The translations under genes and the position numbers were made by a program. From assembly GCA_965248055.1 (NCBI GenBank), contig CBDFIJ010000004.1, positions 2,496,001 through 2,560,000 of the forward strand: a stretch of 64,000 bases of DNA, written 5' to 3'. Under the pieces are notes generated by a model. The model had not been told where the DNA came from and searched no databases. It was given only the letters and a program-made list of their open reading frames with translations. The stretch comes from Candidatus Multivoradales bacterium. GTDB taxonomy: Bacteria; Acidobacteriota; Thermoanaerobaculia; Multivoradales; JAHEKO01. Below are positions 39,847 to 50,490 of this stretch, piece by piece (position 1 is the stretch's first letter; each line of letters begins with the position of its first letter).

Positions 39847-40943
39847 GTTTGACCGCGGTTGCCATGAGCGGAGGTTTGGATTCGTCGGTTACCGCGTGGA
39901 TGCTTGCCAAACAACAGCGCGAAGTGGTGGGTTTGTCAATGTTGCTTTGGGATCAATCCGAACCCGAGCCGTCTACCGAAGGACGCAGGTGCTGTGGGGC
40001 CTTGGACCTAGGCGATGCTCGCCGGGTCGCCAGCCAAATAGGGATTCCCTACTACGTCTTGGAGATGCAATCGGAGTTTCGCCAGCATGTAGTGGAGCCG
40101 TTTGTCGATGCCTACCTAGCCGGGACCACCCCGATCCCATGTACCGCATGCAACACCTGGATCAAGTTCGACTTGTTGCTAGAAAGGGCACAGCAAGTGG
40201 GCGCTGGTCGAGTGGCGACTGGACACTATGCACGGATCGTCCAAGGAGATGGCGAGTTGGAACTACACGCGGCGGCGGACCTCAGCAAGGATCAAAGTTA
40301 CTACTTGTTCGAGCTGTCTCAGGATCAGTTGGCTGCAGCAGAGTTTCCTTTGGGTGAAATGTCCAAAGATGAGGTCAGGAATCTGGCCCGAAAGGCCGGT
40401 TTGGTGGTGGCAGAGAAGGGCGAAAGCATGGAACTCTGCTTTGTTTCCGGGAGCATTCAAGAGTTCATTGAGAAGGAACTTGAAGCGCGCGAACAAATGC
40501 CTCTCGAGCCGTCCGAAGTGGTCGACAGCGAGGGCGAGTTTCTGGGAACCGCAGCGCCCTACTATCGCTACACGGTTGGCCAGCGCCGCGGCTTAGGAAT
40601 CAGTAGCGACCAGCCAACCTATGTTGTGGGTGTTGAACCGGAACGCAACGTGGTCACCCTGGGGGGCCGCCAGGCACTAATGGCTCTGGGGTTGGTTGGT
40701 GGTAGACCTCACTGGGTCGGCACAGCCTTGGAGACCGGAGCCGAAGTGGAGGTCAAGATCCGGGCGCGTCATCCACCGGTACGATCCCGCTTGACGCTTG
40801 GCGAGGAAGTTGTCCAGGTCGATTTCGAAGAACCACAATTTGGGGTCACCCCAGGGCAGGCGGCGGTGTTCTATCGTGGCAGTCAGGTACTCGGCGGTTG
40901 TTGGATTCGAGGCCGCTGCGACAGCGAAACCCCCGATTCGTAA
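39843..40943 (+). CDS. mnmA: tRNA 2-thiouridylase MnmA
   Basis: AMSGGLDS, TPIPCTACN, ATGHYA, KDQSYYL, YTVGQRRGL, TPGQAAVFY. Confidence 0.97.
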   Translation: MSLTAVAMSGGLDSSVTAWMLAKQQREVVGLSMLLWDQSEPEPSTEGRRCCGALDLGDARRVASQIGIPYYVLEMQSEFRQHVVEPFVDAYLAGTTPIPCTACNTWIKFDLLLERAQQVGAGRVATGHYARIVQGDGELELHAAADLSKDQSYYLFELSQDQLAAAEFPLGEMSKDEVRNLARKAGLVVAEKGESMELCFVSGSIQEFIEKELEAREQMPLEPSEVVDSEGEFLGTAAPYYRYTVGQRRGLGISSDQPTYVVGVEPERNVVTLGGRQALMALGLVGGRPHWVGTALETGAEVEVKIRARHPPVRSRLTLGEEVVQVDFEEPQFGVTPGQAAVFYRGSQVLGGCWIRGRCDSETPDS

Positions 40944-40956
40944 TCCTCCGCCGGGG

Positions 40957-41643
40957 CTAGTCAGCGCGGTCGATCACCAGAGTGATCTCTCCTTTGATCT
41001 TGGGTCTTGCGCCGAGAGTCTGCCGGATTTCTGAAAGTCGACCTCGAACAATCTCTTGGTGCAGTTTGGTCAGTTCTCTGCCGACCGCAGCCCGTCGGTC
41101 GCCCAAGACGCCGATCGCGTCCTCCAGACAGGCCACTAGGCGGTGCGGAGCCTCAAACAGGATCAGCGTGTGGTCGAAAGACTCGAATCGACGCAGGAAT
41201 CGGATCCGTGCTCCTCGTTTCGGGGGTGGGAAGCCGACGAAGGTAAATGGATGGGGTGGTAGTCCAGAGAGCACCAAGGCGACGATCGGCGCCGAGGCAC
41301 CGGGCGCGGCGTCAACCTCTATTCCTTGAGCGATGGCTGCCCGCACCAAGCGATATCCAGGGTCGGAGATCAGCGGTGTTCCGGCGTCGGAAACCAAAGC
41401 TACGGTCGATCCCGTCGAGACCCATTCCAGGATCTCGGGAATTCGCCGTTGCTCGTTGTGTTCGTGTAGCGACTTCAGCCGCCTCTTTTCGATTCCCAGG
41501 TGTTGCAGCAAAAGGCCGGTTCGGCGGGTGTCTTCACAGGCGATCAAATCGGCCTCTGCTAGTGCGGTCCGAGCTCGACCAGAGACATCCTTCAGGTTGC
41601 CGATGGGCGTGGCGACAACGACGATGTGTCCCAGGTCAGTCAT
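40957..41643 (-). CDS. rsmI: 16S rRNA Cm1402 methyltransferase RsmI
   Basis: VATPIGNL, CEDTR, VSDAGTPLISDPG, FEAPHR, RELTKLH, KGEI. Confidence 0.96.
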   Translation of the reverse strand: MTDLGHIVVVATPIGNLKDVSGRARTALAEADLIACEDTRRTGLLLQHLGIEKRRLKSLHEHNEQRRIPEILEWVSTGSTVALVSDAGTPLISDPGYRLVRAAIAQGIEVDAAPGASAPIVALVLSGLPPHPFTFVGFPPPKRGARIRFLRRFESFDHTLILFEAPHRLVACLEDAIGVLGDRRAAVGRELTKLHQEIVRGRLSEIRQTLGARPKIKGEITLVIDRAD

Positions 41644-41655
41644 AATCCTCAAGCG

Positions 41656-42363
41656 ATGCACATGGTAGCAGTCAGCGGAAGAACACTTGTGACGGTCCTA
41701 CTGTTGTCCTGGCTGCCCTCACTGAAGGCTCAAGAAGCCACGGTCGCGGAGGGTTCCCCAGCGATCTTGGTGGATCGGATCGTCGCCCTGGTGGATGAAA
41801 CACCGGTCTTTGAATCGGATCTCACCGCGGCTGCCGCGTTGGAGCCGATTGCTACACCAGAGACTCAGAATGAGCAGCAATACCGGCGGCGGTTGCTCGA
41901 CCAGCTAATCGACGAGAGATTGCGCTATGCGGCGGTTCGCCGTCACGGTTTTGAGGAATTAGACCTGGAAAAGATCGACCAGCAGGTTGAAATCCTGGCC
42001 GAGAGGTTTGGTGGGTCGGAGAGCCTTACGAAAGCGTTGCAGGAAGCGGCTATGGACCAGCGATTGCTCCGAGAAATGGTCGCTCGCCAGTTAGCAGTGT
42101 GGGATTTTGTCGAAAACCGTTTGGGAGCTCGAGTCCTGGTCGACCTCGATGAGATCGAGGCCTACTACCGGGGCGAGTTCAGTGATCACCTGGGGAGCCT
42201 GGGGGAGCCGATTCCACCTCTGCGAGAAGTTCGAGAGAAGATCCGTGAGCTGCTCTATCAGCGCCAGCTGACGGAAGAGGTAGATCGATGGACCGCCGAG
42301 CTCCGCTTTCAGGCGGATATCTCTGACTACCTAAACCGGGGAGAATCTACGCCACCAGCGTAG
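41656..42363 (+). CDS. SurA N-terminal domain protein (no PPIase domain)
   Basis: Signal peptide; LVDRIVALVD, LLDQLIDERL, EIEAYY, W...LR..A.I. Confidence 0.8.
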   Translation: MHMVAVSGRTLVTVLLLSWLPSLKAQEATVAEGSPAILVDRIVALVDETPVFESDLTAAAALEPIATPETQNEQQYRRRLLDQLIDERLRYAAVRRHGFEELDLEKIDQQVEILAERFGGSESLTKALQEAAMDQRLLREMVARQLAVWDFVENRLGARVLVDLDEIEAYYRGEFSDHLGSLGEPIPPLREVREKIRELLYQRQLTEEVDRWTAELRFQADISDYLNRGESTPPA

Positions 42364-42377
42364 AGAAAACTCCACAA

Positions 42378-44600
42378 TTAGTTGGTTACGGTCGGTTTGA
42401 TCGTCGGCCCGTAAAGCGAGTGGTAGCGCTCCTGGTTGGTCATCACTTTGACGATGTAGTTTCGGGTTTGGTTGAACCCGACCTTGCTCCAGTACTCTGC
42501 GGGGTCCGAACTGAAGCAGTATTCCGCCCAGACTTGTGCTTGCTGTTCACCGGCGTTGTAGGCTGCCAGAATCGCTGGTACAGCAGCGTCGAATTGTTCG
42601 CTCAGTTGTGACAGATGACTGGCGCCAAGCGTGATCGCGACTTCTGGGCGATGCAACATAGCTTGGGTCAGGTCTCGGATCCCAGCGCGCTGCGCCGCAG
42701 TCTCGGCGGTAGAGACCACGAACTGAGTGAGACCGCGGGCTGAGACTTGAGAAACCGCATCTGGATCAAATCGACTCTCCTGCCTAATCAGTCCGAGCAG
42801 CAGGTTCTCGTCGACGCCAAACCGGCTGGCTTGTTGCTGCACTGTGGCCAGGAACGGGCGAGGGTAGAGTCGCTGGTGCAGCCACCGCAGGCCTATCGAC
42901 TGACTTGCCCCAGCCACTGAGAGCCTCGAACGGAGTTTTTTTTTCAAAATTTCGGCGGTACGTAATCCACTGCGGTATTGACCTGAGAGGTTCGCCAAGT
43001 CGATTCCGGCAAGAGTTAGGGAGGGGTCTTCGAGTGGAAACCAAGATAGGGTCGCTTGACCGGTGGTGACGATCCCCAGGCTGATCAACTCATCGCCGGT
43101 GGAAGGAGTACCGGTCCACAACGGCCAATCTCGCGCGGGAGTTGGGGATAGATTCCACAGATTGCCGACCGCGGAGCGTACCTGCCGGTCTAGCTTGGCG
43201 ATCACCGTGGATTGAGCGTCCCCGTCGAGGGCGAAAACGGCTTTCTGCCAATCCGCAACCTGAAACGAACTCGCCAATTGATTGGCGCGGGTCTGAGCGA
43301 TCGGCTGCAAGTCCTCGCGTAAACGCTGCTGCGCCCAACCGGCGACCGGATGAAACGGATCCTTGGCTAGAGAAAGGTACAGGTCGACTGCCTCAGCCGA
43401 GCGACCCTCCAGTTCTGCCAGGCGCCCTTTCCAGTAGACGAATTCCGGGGCACTACTTCGGGACAGCCAGCTGTGCGCTCGATTCGAGTTACCACGTACC
43501 AGGTCCGAAGCGGCGAGAAAGATTGCCGCCCGATCGGCCAAGGTTTTCCACGATCGACGCCCAGCAAGTAGACGGTAGAGGCGCAGCGCTTCTGTATCGT
43601 TCTCCGCCATGGTTTCCAGGCGCATCGCTGAGAGAAGCGCCGCATCCGCCCAGCTTCCACTTGGATTGGCATCGTACGCCCGGCGAAAGGAAATTCCCGC
43701 TGCTTCCAGTCTTCTGTCGAGCTCCAGACTGCGACCGCGTTGGAACCAAGACCGAGCGACCAGGTTTGCCGCTGGAGCGATCTTGGCGGCGCGGGAAAAT
43801 CCCTCAGCCGCCGCAGTGTATTGACCCAACCAAAAATAGCCTCGGGCAAGCCGGTAGCGGTTGTCGTGGTCCTCTCGTTGGGCTAGGACTTGGGCGAGAA
43901 GAACGGTCGATTTTTCAAACCGCCGGTGATGATGGAGGACTTCGGCGAGAGTTCGTCTCACGGTTGGCGTCAGTCGGTCTCGGTGTGGCCACAGAAGATC
44001 TGCAGCTTCGGAGGCCACCAGGTCTTTCCCTTGACTGGAAATCAGGGCGGTGAGTTCGGTCACGGCGGGAGAAACTGACTGCCGGAGGCGACATCTGGCA
44101 CCCGCCAGAGCAACTCTTCTGCGCTCACTCTGTTCCAGTTTCCACAAGGGATCGATACCCAACGCGTCACATTTCCCATTGACTTTGACCGACTGTGTGA
44201 GGGTGGAAATCAGCGACGCGGGCCACTGTGAATGTCGCCCCAATCCCTTGCGCGCTAGTTCGGCTGCGGAGTCCGGCTGCCCCAATCGAAAATGCACTTG
44301 AGCCAAGCGGGTCAAGGCGAAGTCGCCGACAGGCTGCGGAGCGCCGATTGCTCGCAAGTAGGCGTCAAACGCGTCGTGCAGTTTGTCTTGCGAGCGGTGC
44401 AGGTCCCCAAGTGCTAGGTCGATTCCGAGTTCTAGGTACTGATTCGGTTCACTATGCCGAAGGTCGGAAGCGAATGCCAAGAATTCCTGGTCTTGCCCAG
44501 CCAGTCGAAGTTCGAGTAGCTCGGCACGCGGATCGAGGTCTTGCGCCGAGGTCGCGGTCGCCGCTAGAAGCGCCACTATGACCAGGAAAAAGCGTCGCAA
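42378..44600 (-). CDS. Slt70-like lytic transglycosylase with TPR-like repeats
   Basis: Signal peptide, helical repeats, SLT motifs IRQESRF, ARGLTQ, AAYNAG, TRNY. Confidence 0.92.
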   Translation of the reverse strand: MRRFFLVIVALLAATATSAQDLDPRAELLELRLAGQDQEFLAFASDLRHSEPNQYLELGIDLALGDLHRSQDKLHDAFDAYLRAIGAPQPVGDFALTRLAQVHFRLGQPDSAAELARKGLGRHSQWPASLISTLTQSVKVNGKCDALGIDPLWKLEQSERRRVALAGARCRLRQSVSPAVTELTALISSQGKDLVASEAADLLWPHRDRLTPTVRRTLAEVLHHHRRFEKSTVLLAQVLAQREDHDNRYRLARGYFWLGQYTAAAEGFSRAAKIAPAANLVARSWFQRGRSLELDRRLEAAGISFRRAYDANPSGSWADAALLSAMRLETMAENDTEALRLYRLLAGRRSWKTLADRAAIFLAASDLVRGNSNRAHSWLSRSSAPEFVYWKGRLAELEGRSAEAVDLYLSLAKDPFHPVAGWAQQRLREDLQPIAQTRANQLASSFQVADWQKAVFALDGDAQSTVIAKLDRQVRSAVGNLWNLSPTPARDWPLWTGTPSTGDELISLGIVTTGQATLSWFPLEDPSLTLAGIDLANLSGQYRSGLRTAEILKKKLRSRLSVAGASQSIGLRWLHQRLYPRPFLATVQQQASRFGVDENLLLGLIRQESRFDPDAVSQVSARGLTQFVVSTAETAAQRAGIRDLTQAMLHRPEVAITLGASHLSQLSEQFDAAVPAILAAYNAGEQQAQVWAEYCFSSDPAEYWSKVGFNQTRNYIVKVMTNQERYHSLYGPTIKPTVTN

Positions 44601-44605
44601 GTTGG

Positions 44606-45865
44606 TCAGGAGGAGACGCGCTCCACTTGAGCGCCGAGTTGCGCCAGTTTGTCTTCGATCGCTTCGTATCCCCGATCCAAGTGATAGATCCGGTCAACTA
44701 CTGTTTGACCTTGGGCAACGATTCCGGCCAACACCAGGCTTGCCGATGCGCGGAGATCGGTGGCCATGACTTTGGCACCGGAAAGTAGCGTGGGGCCGTG
44801 AACCACGGCGTGGTTTCCTTCGATGCGGATGTCAGCTCCCATGCGGGCCAGCTCTGGGACATGTTGAAACCGATTCTCAAACACCGCTTCGTGAATCCGC
44901 GAAACTCCCTGGGCCTGCGTGGTGAGCACCATCAGTTGGGCTTGAAGATCTGTCGGGAATCCAGGATGTGGGGCGGTGACGATTTCGGTGCCGACGAGGC
45001 ACTCTCCGCGCCGCACGCGGATGGTGTCGGTATCGGCCGTGACCTGACAGTGGCATTCTTCGAGTGCGGTCAGCAACGGTGCCAAGTGTTCAGGATTGAC
45101 CCCCTCCACCGTAACGTCGCCATCAGTCAGCGCTCCACCAACCAAGTAGGTGCCCGCTTCGATACGATCGGCAATCACCGTATGAGAACACCCGGACAAG
45201 CTCTCGACGCCCTCTATCTCGATTGTCGGTGTGCCCGCTCCGTGAATCGCGGCCCCCATCTTGCTCAGGAGATTTGCAAGATCTTCGATCTCGGGTTCGC
45301 GGGCGCAATTCTCAAGCACTGTGGTGCCCTTTGCCAGGCTGGCTCCTAACATGAGGTTTTCCGTGCCGCCGACGGTCGGAACCGAAAAACGATAGCGCGT
45401 CCCTTGCAAGCGCTGGGCAGTGGCGGTGACGTAACCGTGCTCCAGCGTGACCTTGGCTCCCAGAGCTTCGAATCCAGCCAGATGCTGGTCAATCGGGCGC
45501 ACACCGATGGCGCAGCCGCCAGGCAACGAGACTCGAGCATGACCCAACCTGGCAAGCAAGGGACCCAACACCAAGACGCTGGCACGCATCGTCTTGACCA
45601 ATTGGTAGGGAGCCTCGTCGGTCTCCGGTTGCCGCACAGAGTGCAATCGGAGTTCCCCGTTGAGGTCGCGCTCAGTCGAGACGCCCAAGTGTTCCAGTAG
45701 GCTGCACATCGTACCGATATCGCGCACCTGTGGCACTCGCGACAAGATCAAGGGCTGGTCGCTGAGTAGCGAAGCGGCGAGCACCGGCAAAGAGGCGTTC
45801 TTGGCCCCTGATGCCCGCACTGTGCCGCGCAGTTGAGAAGCTCCCTGGATTCGAAGTTTGTCCAT
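44606..45865 (-). CDS. murA: UDP-N-acetylglucosamine 1-carboxyvinyltransferase
   Basis: [26 protein letters not shown] (active-site Cys), GFPTDLQ, FENRF, TDLRA, HLDRGY. Confidence 0.98.
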   Translation of the reverse strand: MDKLRIQGASQLRGTVRASGAKNASLPVLAASLLSDQPLILSRVPQVRDIGTMCSLLEHLGVSTERDLNGELRLHSVRQPETDEAPYQLVKTMRASVLVLGPLLARLGHARVSLPGGCAIGVRPIDQHLAGFEALGAKVTLEHGYVTATAQRLQGTRYRFSVPTVGGTENLMLGASLAKGTTVLENCAREPEIEDLANLLSKMGAAIHGAGTPTIEIEGVESLSGCSHTVIADRIEAGTYLVGGALTDGDVTVEGVNPEHLAPLLTALEECHCQVTADTDTIRVRRGECLVGTEIVTAPHPGFPTDLQAQLMVLTTQAQGVSRIHEAVFENRFQHVPELARMGADIRIEGNHAVVHGPTLLSGAKVMATDLRASASLVLAGIVAQGQTVVDRIYHLDRGYEAIEDKLAQLGAQVERVSS

Positions 45866-45942
45866 GTTTTTCTTGGTTCTGTCTAGCTAGGCGGTGTCGT
45901 CTTCAGTGTTCAAATTTCACGCCTCGGATCCTTGCCACCTGT

Positions 45943-46857
45943 TCACTCTGGACTGTGGCCCTTAATTCCTACCACGACTCTCGGTAAGCCTGAGAGGTCA
46001 GTATGAATTGTCACATTTTCAAGGTGCTCTTGGCAGAGAGAGGCCACCGCATTTCCCTGCGTAGACCCGATCTCGAACACCACGTGACAGCCGTCCATTA
46101 GATGTGAAAACGACGCGGCTAGACGACGATAGACGGCGAGCCCAGAGTCGACAGCCACCAAGGCTTGCGCTGGTTCATGAGATCGGATGTCGACCGCACA
46201 ATTCCGCCACTCGTCTTCACTCAAGTATGGTGGGTTAGCGACTACTAGGTCGAAGCTCAACAAATCGAGCGCGTCGCACCAATCGGAAGCCAGAAAGCGC
46301 ACTCGATCACGCACACTGTGCTGGCGTGCATTGTGATCGGCCACCGCCAGAGCCGCCAGAGAAAAGTCCGCTGCGGTCACTGTCGCGGCAGGGATCTCAC
46401 TTGCCAAAGTGATCGCCAAACAGCCAGAACCGGTGCCCAGGTCGAGAATCGCCAAGCCGGCAGATGAGTTGGACGCCGAGTGGGCAACTAAGTCGGTGGC
46501 CAAAATGTACTCAACCAAATGCTCTGTTTCGGGCCGAGGAATCAGCACTCGAGGGTCGACGGCAAACGACCGGCCAAAGAACTCCCGCATTCCGAGAATG
46601 TAGGCGATGGGCTCTCCCGCCACACGGCGTGCGACCTGCTCTCGATATAGGAGGGCTACCTCCGCTCTGATAGGGCGAGATAGATCTGCTCGCAACTGCG
46701 CTTCACCAAGATCAAGGACCGATCGCAGCAACAGAATCGCCTCTCGAGGAGAGGCGTCGGCAGCCCCAGAGGCCAACTCACTGCGACCCCAATCGACGAG
46801 GAAGCCGACTGTTGATTCAGAAACTTCCGGCTCAGCCAGTGTCGAGGCTCGTTTCAA
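45943..46857 (-). CDS. prmC: Release factor glutamine methyltransferase PrmC (HemK)
   Basis: [30 protein letters not shown]; downstream of prfA; start uncertain (TTG 46857 used). Confidence 0.95.
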   Translation of the reverse strand: MKRASTLAEPEVSESTVGFLVDWGRSELASGAADASPREAILLLRSVLDLGEAQLRADLSRPIRAEVALLYREQVARRVAGEPIAYILGMREFFGRSFAVDPRVLIPRPETEHLVEYILATDLVAHSASNSSAGLAILDLGTGSGCLAITLASEIPAATVTAADFSLAALAVADHNARQHSVRDRVRFLASDWCDALDLLSFDLVVANPPYLSEDEWRNCAVDIRSHEPAQALVAVDSGLAVYRRLAASFSHLMDGCHVVFEIGSTQGNAVASLCQEHLENVTIHTDLSGLPRVVVGIKGHSPE

Positions 46858-47911
46858 GGGATTTGGCCCGCCAATGGTCGCTGAGTGCGTCAATGAGTTC
46901 GTCCAAGTCCCCCTCAAGAACGCTTCCCAGTCGATGCAGCGTGAGACCGATGCGGTGATCGGTGACCCGACTTTGGGGGAAGTTGTAGGTACGAATTTTC
47001 TCGGATCGATCACCGCTGCCGACCATCTTGCGGCGTTCGGCTGACAGTTCACTTTGTGCTTTCTCTTGTTCGATCTCCAGGAGCCTTGACTTCAAGACCC
47101 GCATCGCCTTTTGTCGATTCTTGATCTGGCTTCGCTCATCTTGGCAAGAGACCACAATATTGGTCGACAAATGGGTGATGCGAACCGCTGAGTAGGTGGT
47201 GTTGACCCCCTGTCCACCGGGCCCAGATGAACAGAATCGATCTATGCGCAGGTCTTTTTCATCGATCGCAACTTCTACGTCATCGGCTTCGGGAAGCACG
47301 GCAACCGTTACCGCTGAAGTGTGGATTCTGCCCGAGGCTTCGGTCTTAGGTACCCGCTGGACGCGGTGTACCCCGGCCTCGAACTTGAGCTTGCTGTAGG
47401 CGCCTCGACCCTCAACGATGCAGGAAACCTCTTTGACTCCCTGGACGCCGGATTCAGAGACGTCGATGATGTCGACCTTCCAGCGATTTTGCTCGGCGAA
47501 GCGGGTATACATGCGAAACAGTTCTGAAGCGAACAAGGTAGCTTCGTCACCACCGGTGCCAGCCCGGATTTCCAGTACGACATTTCTCTGGTCATTGGGG
47601 TCTTTGGGCGTCAGCTCGACGTGCAGTTCATCTTCTACTCCTTCGATTGCGGTTTCGAGGGCGGCCTTTTCTTCCATCACCATCGAATGGAGTTCGTCGC
47701 TAGTATCGATCGACTCCAAGAGCTCTTGATTCTGTTCTTGTTGGTCGAGCAGATCTCGATAGCGGTGGTACATATCCACAGCTGGCGCTATCTCAGCCAT
47801 CGATTGATTCACTTCTCGGTATCGATTCTGGTCCGACAGAACCTCTGGATCAGCGAGCTGTTGCATCAGCTGCTGGTGCGTTTTCGCAAGTTTTTCTAGT
47901 CGTTCAAGCAT
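46832..47911 (-). CDS. prfA: Peptide chain release factor 1
   Basis: [18 protein letters not shown] (PxT), [20 protein letters not shown]. Confidence 0.98.
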   Translation of the reverse strand: MLERLEKLAKTHQQLMQQLADPEVLSDQNRYREVNQSMAEIAPAVDMYHRYRDLLDQQEQNQELLESIDTSDELHSMVMEEKAALETAIEGVEDELHVELTPKDPNDQRNVVLEIRAGTGGDEATLFASELFRMYTRFAEQNRWKVDIIDVSESGVQGVKEVSCIVEGRGAYSKLKFEAGVHRVQRVPKTEASGRIHTSAVTVAVLPEADDVEVAIDEKDLRIDRFCSSGPGGQGVNTTYSAVRITHLSTNIVVSCQDERSQIKNRQKAMRVLKSRLLEIEQEKAQSELSAERRKMVGSGDRSEKIRTYNFPQSRVTDHRIGLTLHRLGSVLEGDLDELIDALSDHWRAKSLETSLDTG

Positions 47912-48167
47912 GTTTGTAGTTCGGTGTTGTGGCTCAATGATGCTGAGTCCTCGGGAATACTTTATCCGGCAACGAAGTCTAAGGCTAAAACGACCGAGTA
48001 AACGATCTTTGTTGCTTGGACGTCAAGGGGACATAGTGGTGGAATGAGGAGCCACGCAGGAGAATTCCTTGCAGCGGGATGATTAACCCTTCTCAAGGAC
48101 AGCGCGTATAATAGGAGAGGCGAAAAAGAGCATCGCTTTCTTTGGGCCAAGAAAAAGGACGTTAACT

Positions 48168-50438
48168 GTGATCAAGAAATGGATCTTGGGGTGCCTGTGC
48201 GCACTAGTACTAATTCTTCCCGCTCGGGCTTCTGAAAGAGATACAGCGGCTAGCGAAGAAGTTGAGGGCGTCGCGACCAGCGTTCCGCATAACGCTGAGA
48301 CTTGGCGTATCGGTCGCGCTGCCGGGGCGATCGTTGTCGACGGTCGGATTGACGATGCAGAATGGGCGGACACTCTGACGGTTCCGCTGCGCTATGAAAC
48401 CGACCCTGGGGAGAACGTTGCACCGCCAGTGGAGACTCATGTCTTGCTGGCATTCGACAATTCGACGGTGTACGTCGCCTTTCGTGCGGACGATCCCAGT
48501 CCGGACAAGATTCGTGCTCACTTGATGGATCGCGACTCGGCGTGGGATAACGACTTTGTCGGCATTCTGTTTGATCCATTCAACGATGAGCGCCGGGGAT
48601 TTGAGTTTTTTGCCAATCCCCTAGGGGTGCAGATGGATCTGTTCTTTGACGGGGTTTCAGGCCGGGAAGACAGCTCTTGGGACGCAATTTGGGACTCCGC
48701 GGGTCGTATTACCGAGACCGGTTTTGAAGTTGAGTTCGCGATTCCGTTCTCATCGTTGCGATTCCCGAGTACCGAAGACATCCAGACCTGGGGCATTGAC
48801 GCCCTGCGTTTCTACCCCAGAGAACAGCGCCACCGAATCGCGCTCCAGCCGATGGACCGGGACCTCAATTGCTACTTGTGTCAGGTGTCGAAAATGGAGG
48901 GAATCGAAGGCATTGATCCCGGACGCAACCTAGAAGTTGTGCCGACTTTGACTTCGTCCCAGGTCGACACCCGTGACGAAGACACCAATGCGCTGCAAAG
49001 CGGCGCTTCCGATACCGACCTGGGGCTGACGGCAAAATGGGGGATCACTCCAAGCTTGATTCTCAACGCCGCGATCAACCCCGATTTCTCCAACGTCGAG
49101 GCCGACGTCGCTCAGCTCAACATCAACGAGCAGTTTGCTTTGTTTTTCCCTGAGAAACGACCTTTCTTTCTCGAGGGAGCCGACTTCTTTCGCACCCAGT
49201 TCGATACCGTATTCTCACGCAACGTTGCCAATCCGGATTGGGGAATTAAGCTCTCGGGCAAAATAGGGGATAGTGCCCTCGCGGTTTTTGCGGCGACCGA
49301 TAAAGTGACCAACTTGCTACTTCCCCGCAGCCAAGGGTCGAGTGCGACCTCCCTCGACTTGGAGTCGGAAGACGTCGCGTTTCGTTATCGCCATGACGTA
49401 GCGGACAATTCGTCGATTGGCGTCGTTGCCACTTCGAGAACTGCCGAGGGGTATCACAACAATATTGCTGGCATCGACGGCCGGTTCAAATTCAAAGACT
49501 CGCACTCGGTAGATGTTCAGTGGCTGAGTTCGGACACCGAGTATCCGTTGGATGTGGTGCAAGAGTTCGGCACGCCGAGCGGCAGTTTCAGCGATCGGGC
49601 TTACACGGTTGGCTACAATTACGACTCTCGAAGCTGGGAGGGGTATTTCCGTTATAACGATGTCGGTAATGGCTTTCGCGCGGACCTTGGATTCGAGCCT
49701 CGGGTTGACTTCACCTTCTTGTTGGGTGGGTTGCAAAGATCCTGGTGGCCCGAAGACAAGAAGATCAGTCGGGCTTGGTTTGGCGGTGACTGGGATATCA
49801 CCCACGATCAGTCCGGACAGCTTTTGGAGCGCGAAACCGAGGTCAACGGCGGTATCTCGTTACCCAAGCAGTCGTTTGTCGAATTTGGTGGCGGCGTCCG
49901 CGATCGATTCTTCGACGGTGTTACTTTCGACCAAGCCTTCTACTGGAATTTCCTCCAGACGCGACCCAACGGCAACTTAACCTTGCGCATGTTCAGTCGG
50001 CTGGATACCGATGCCATTGATTTCGCCCATACGCGGCCTGGAGATCAGTTGCGCTTCAACCCGGAAATTGACTACAAGTTTGGTAAACATTTGCGAGCCA
50101 GCGTCGACTACGACTGGCGCCAGTTTGATGTTCAAGACGGAACCTTGTTTGCCGCTGCTCTCACCCAATCCAAATGGATCTACCAGTTTAATCGACGTTC
50201 GTTTCTAAGGCTGATTACCCAGTACACGCAGATCGATCGATCGGTAGAGCTGTATCAAGACGAGGTCGACACAGATACCGAAAGACTGTTTAATCAGTTG
50301 CTTTTTTCCTACAAAGTCAACCCACAGACGGTGCTATTTGTTGGCTACTCAGAGACTCAAGCGGCAACCAATGGGTCCTCCCTGGAAAAAGAAGATCGCA
50401 GCCTATTTCTCAAGCTCGGCTACGCTTGGGTTTCGTAG
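48168..50438 (+). CDS. CBM9-like + DUF5916 exported / outer-membrane protein
   Basis: Signal peptide; VDGRIDDAEW, F.ANPLGVQ.D, W...WDS, E.AIPFSSLRF, NPDFSNVEAD, EKRPFFLEG; beta-rich C-terminus ending KLGYAW. Confidence 0.88.
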   Translation: MIKKWILGCLCALVLILPARASERDTAASEEVEGVATSVPHNAETWRIGRAAGAIVVDGRIDDAEWADTLTVPLRYETDPGENVAPPVETHVLLAFDNSTVYVAFRADDPSPDKIRAHLMDRDSAWDNDFVGILFDPFNDERRGFEFFANPLGVQMDLFFDGVSGREDSSWDAIWDSAGRITETGFEVEFAIPFSSLRFPSTEDIQTWGIDALRFYPREQRHRIALQPMDRDLNCYLCQVSKMEGIEGIDPGRNLEVVPTLTSSQVDTRDEDTNALQSGASDTDLGLTAKWGITPSLILNAAINPDFSNVEADVAQLNINEQFALFFPEKRPFFLEGADFFRTQFDTVFSRNVANPDWGIKLSGKIGDSALAVFAATDKVTNLLLPRSQGSSATSLDLESEDVAFRYRHDVADNSSIGVVATSRTAEGYHNNIAGIDGRFKFKDSHSVDVQWLSSDTEYPLDVVQEFGTPSGSFSDRAYTVGYNYDSRSWEGYFRYNDVGNGFRADLGFEPRVDFTFLLGGLQRSWWPEDKKISRAWFGGDWDITHDQSGQLLERETEVNGGISLPKQSFVEFGGGVRDRFFDGVTFDQAFYWNFLQTRPNGNLTLRMFSRLDTDAIDFAHTRPGDQLRFNPEIDYKFGKHLRASVDYDWRQFDVQDGTLFAAALTQSKWIYQFNRRSFLRLITQYTQIDRSVELYQDEVDTDTERLFNQLLFSYKVNPQTVLFVGYSETQAATNGSSLEKEDRSLFLKLGYAWVS

Positions 50439-50442
50439 CAAG

Positions 50443-50485
50443 AGGGGGACACAATACTTTGTTTGTGTCCCCTTCGTGTCCCCCT
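50443..50485. terminator. Inverted repeat between convergent genes (likely terminator)
   Basis: AGGGGGACACAA-N8-TTGTGTCCCCTT followed by a second GTGTCCCCCT arm. Confidence 0.65.
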
Positions 50486-50490
50486 GCTAG

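Noticed and set aside
42935-42944. Homopolymer runs in slt, the TonB-domain gene (~26444-26452) and the first foldase (~1590-1597) as phase-variation sites
   Set aside because: All are in frame and encode ordinary Lys or Phe runs; no sign of disruption.
43142-44053. 303-aa plus-strand ORF antisense to the lytic transglycosylase
   Set aside because: Arg/Pro-rich shadow ORF typical of GC-rich DNA; no motifs; fully inside a well-supported gene.
44606-45865. murA or the VanZ-like gene as antibiotic-resistance determinants
   Set aside because: MurA keeps the fosfomycin-reactive Cys; VanZ-like proteins are widespread and no van cluster is present.
46858-47052. Long upstream extensions of prmC, ftsW, murD, trmJ, the SirB-like gene and the E1 fusion in the ORF track
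   Set aside because: They overlap neighbouring genes and lack family similarity; downstream starts fit better.
47962-48150. 62-aa ORF upstream of prfA as possible rpmE or leader peptide
   Set aside because: No L31 motifs; it overlaps promoter-like elements of both flanking genes.
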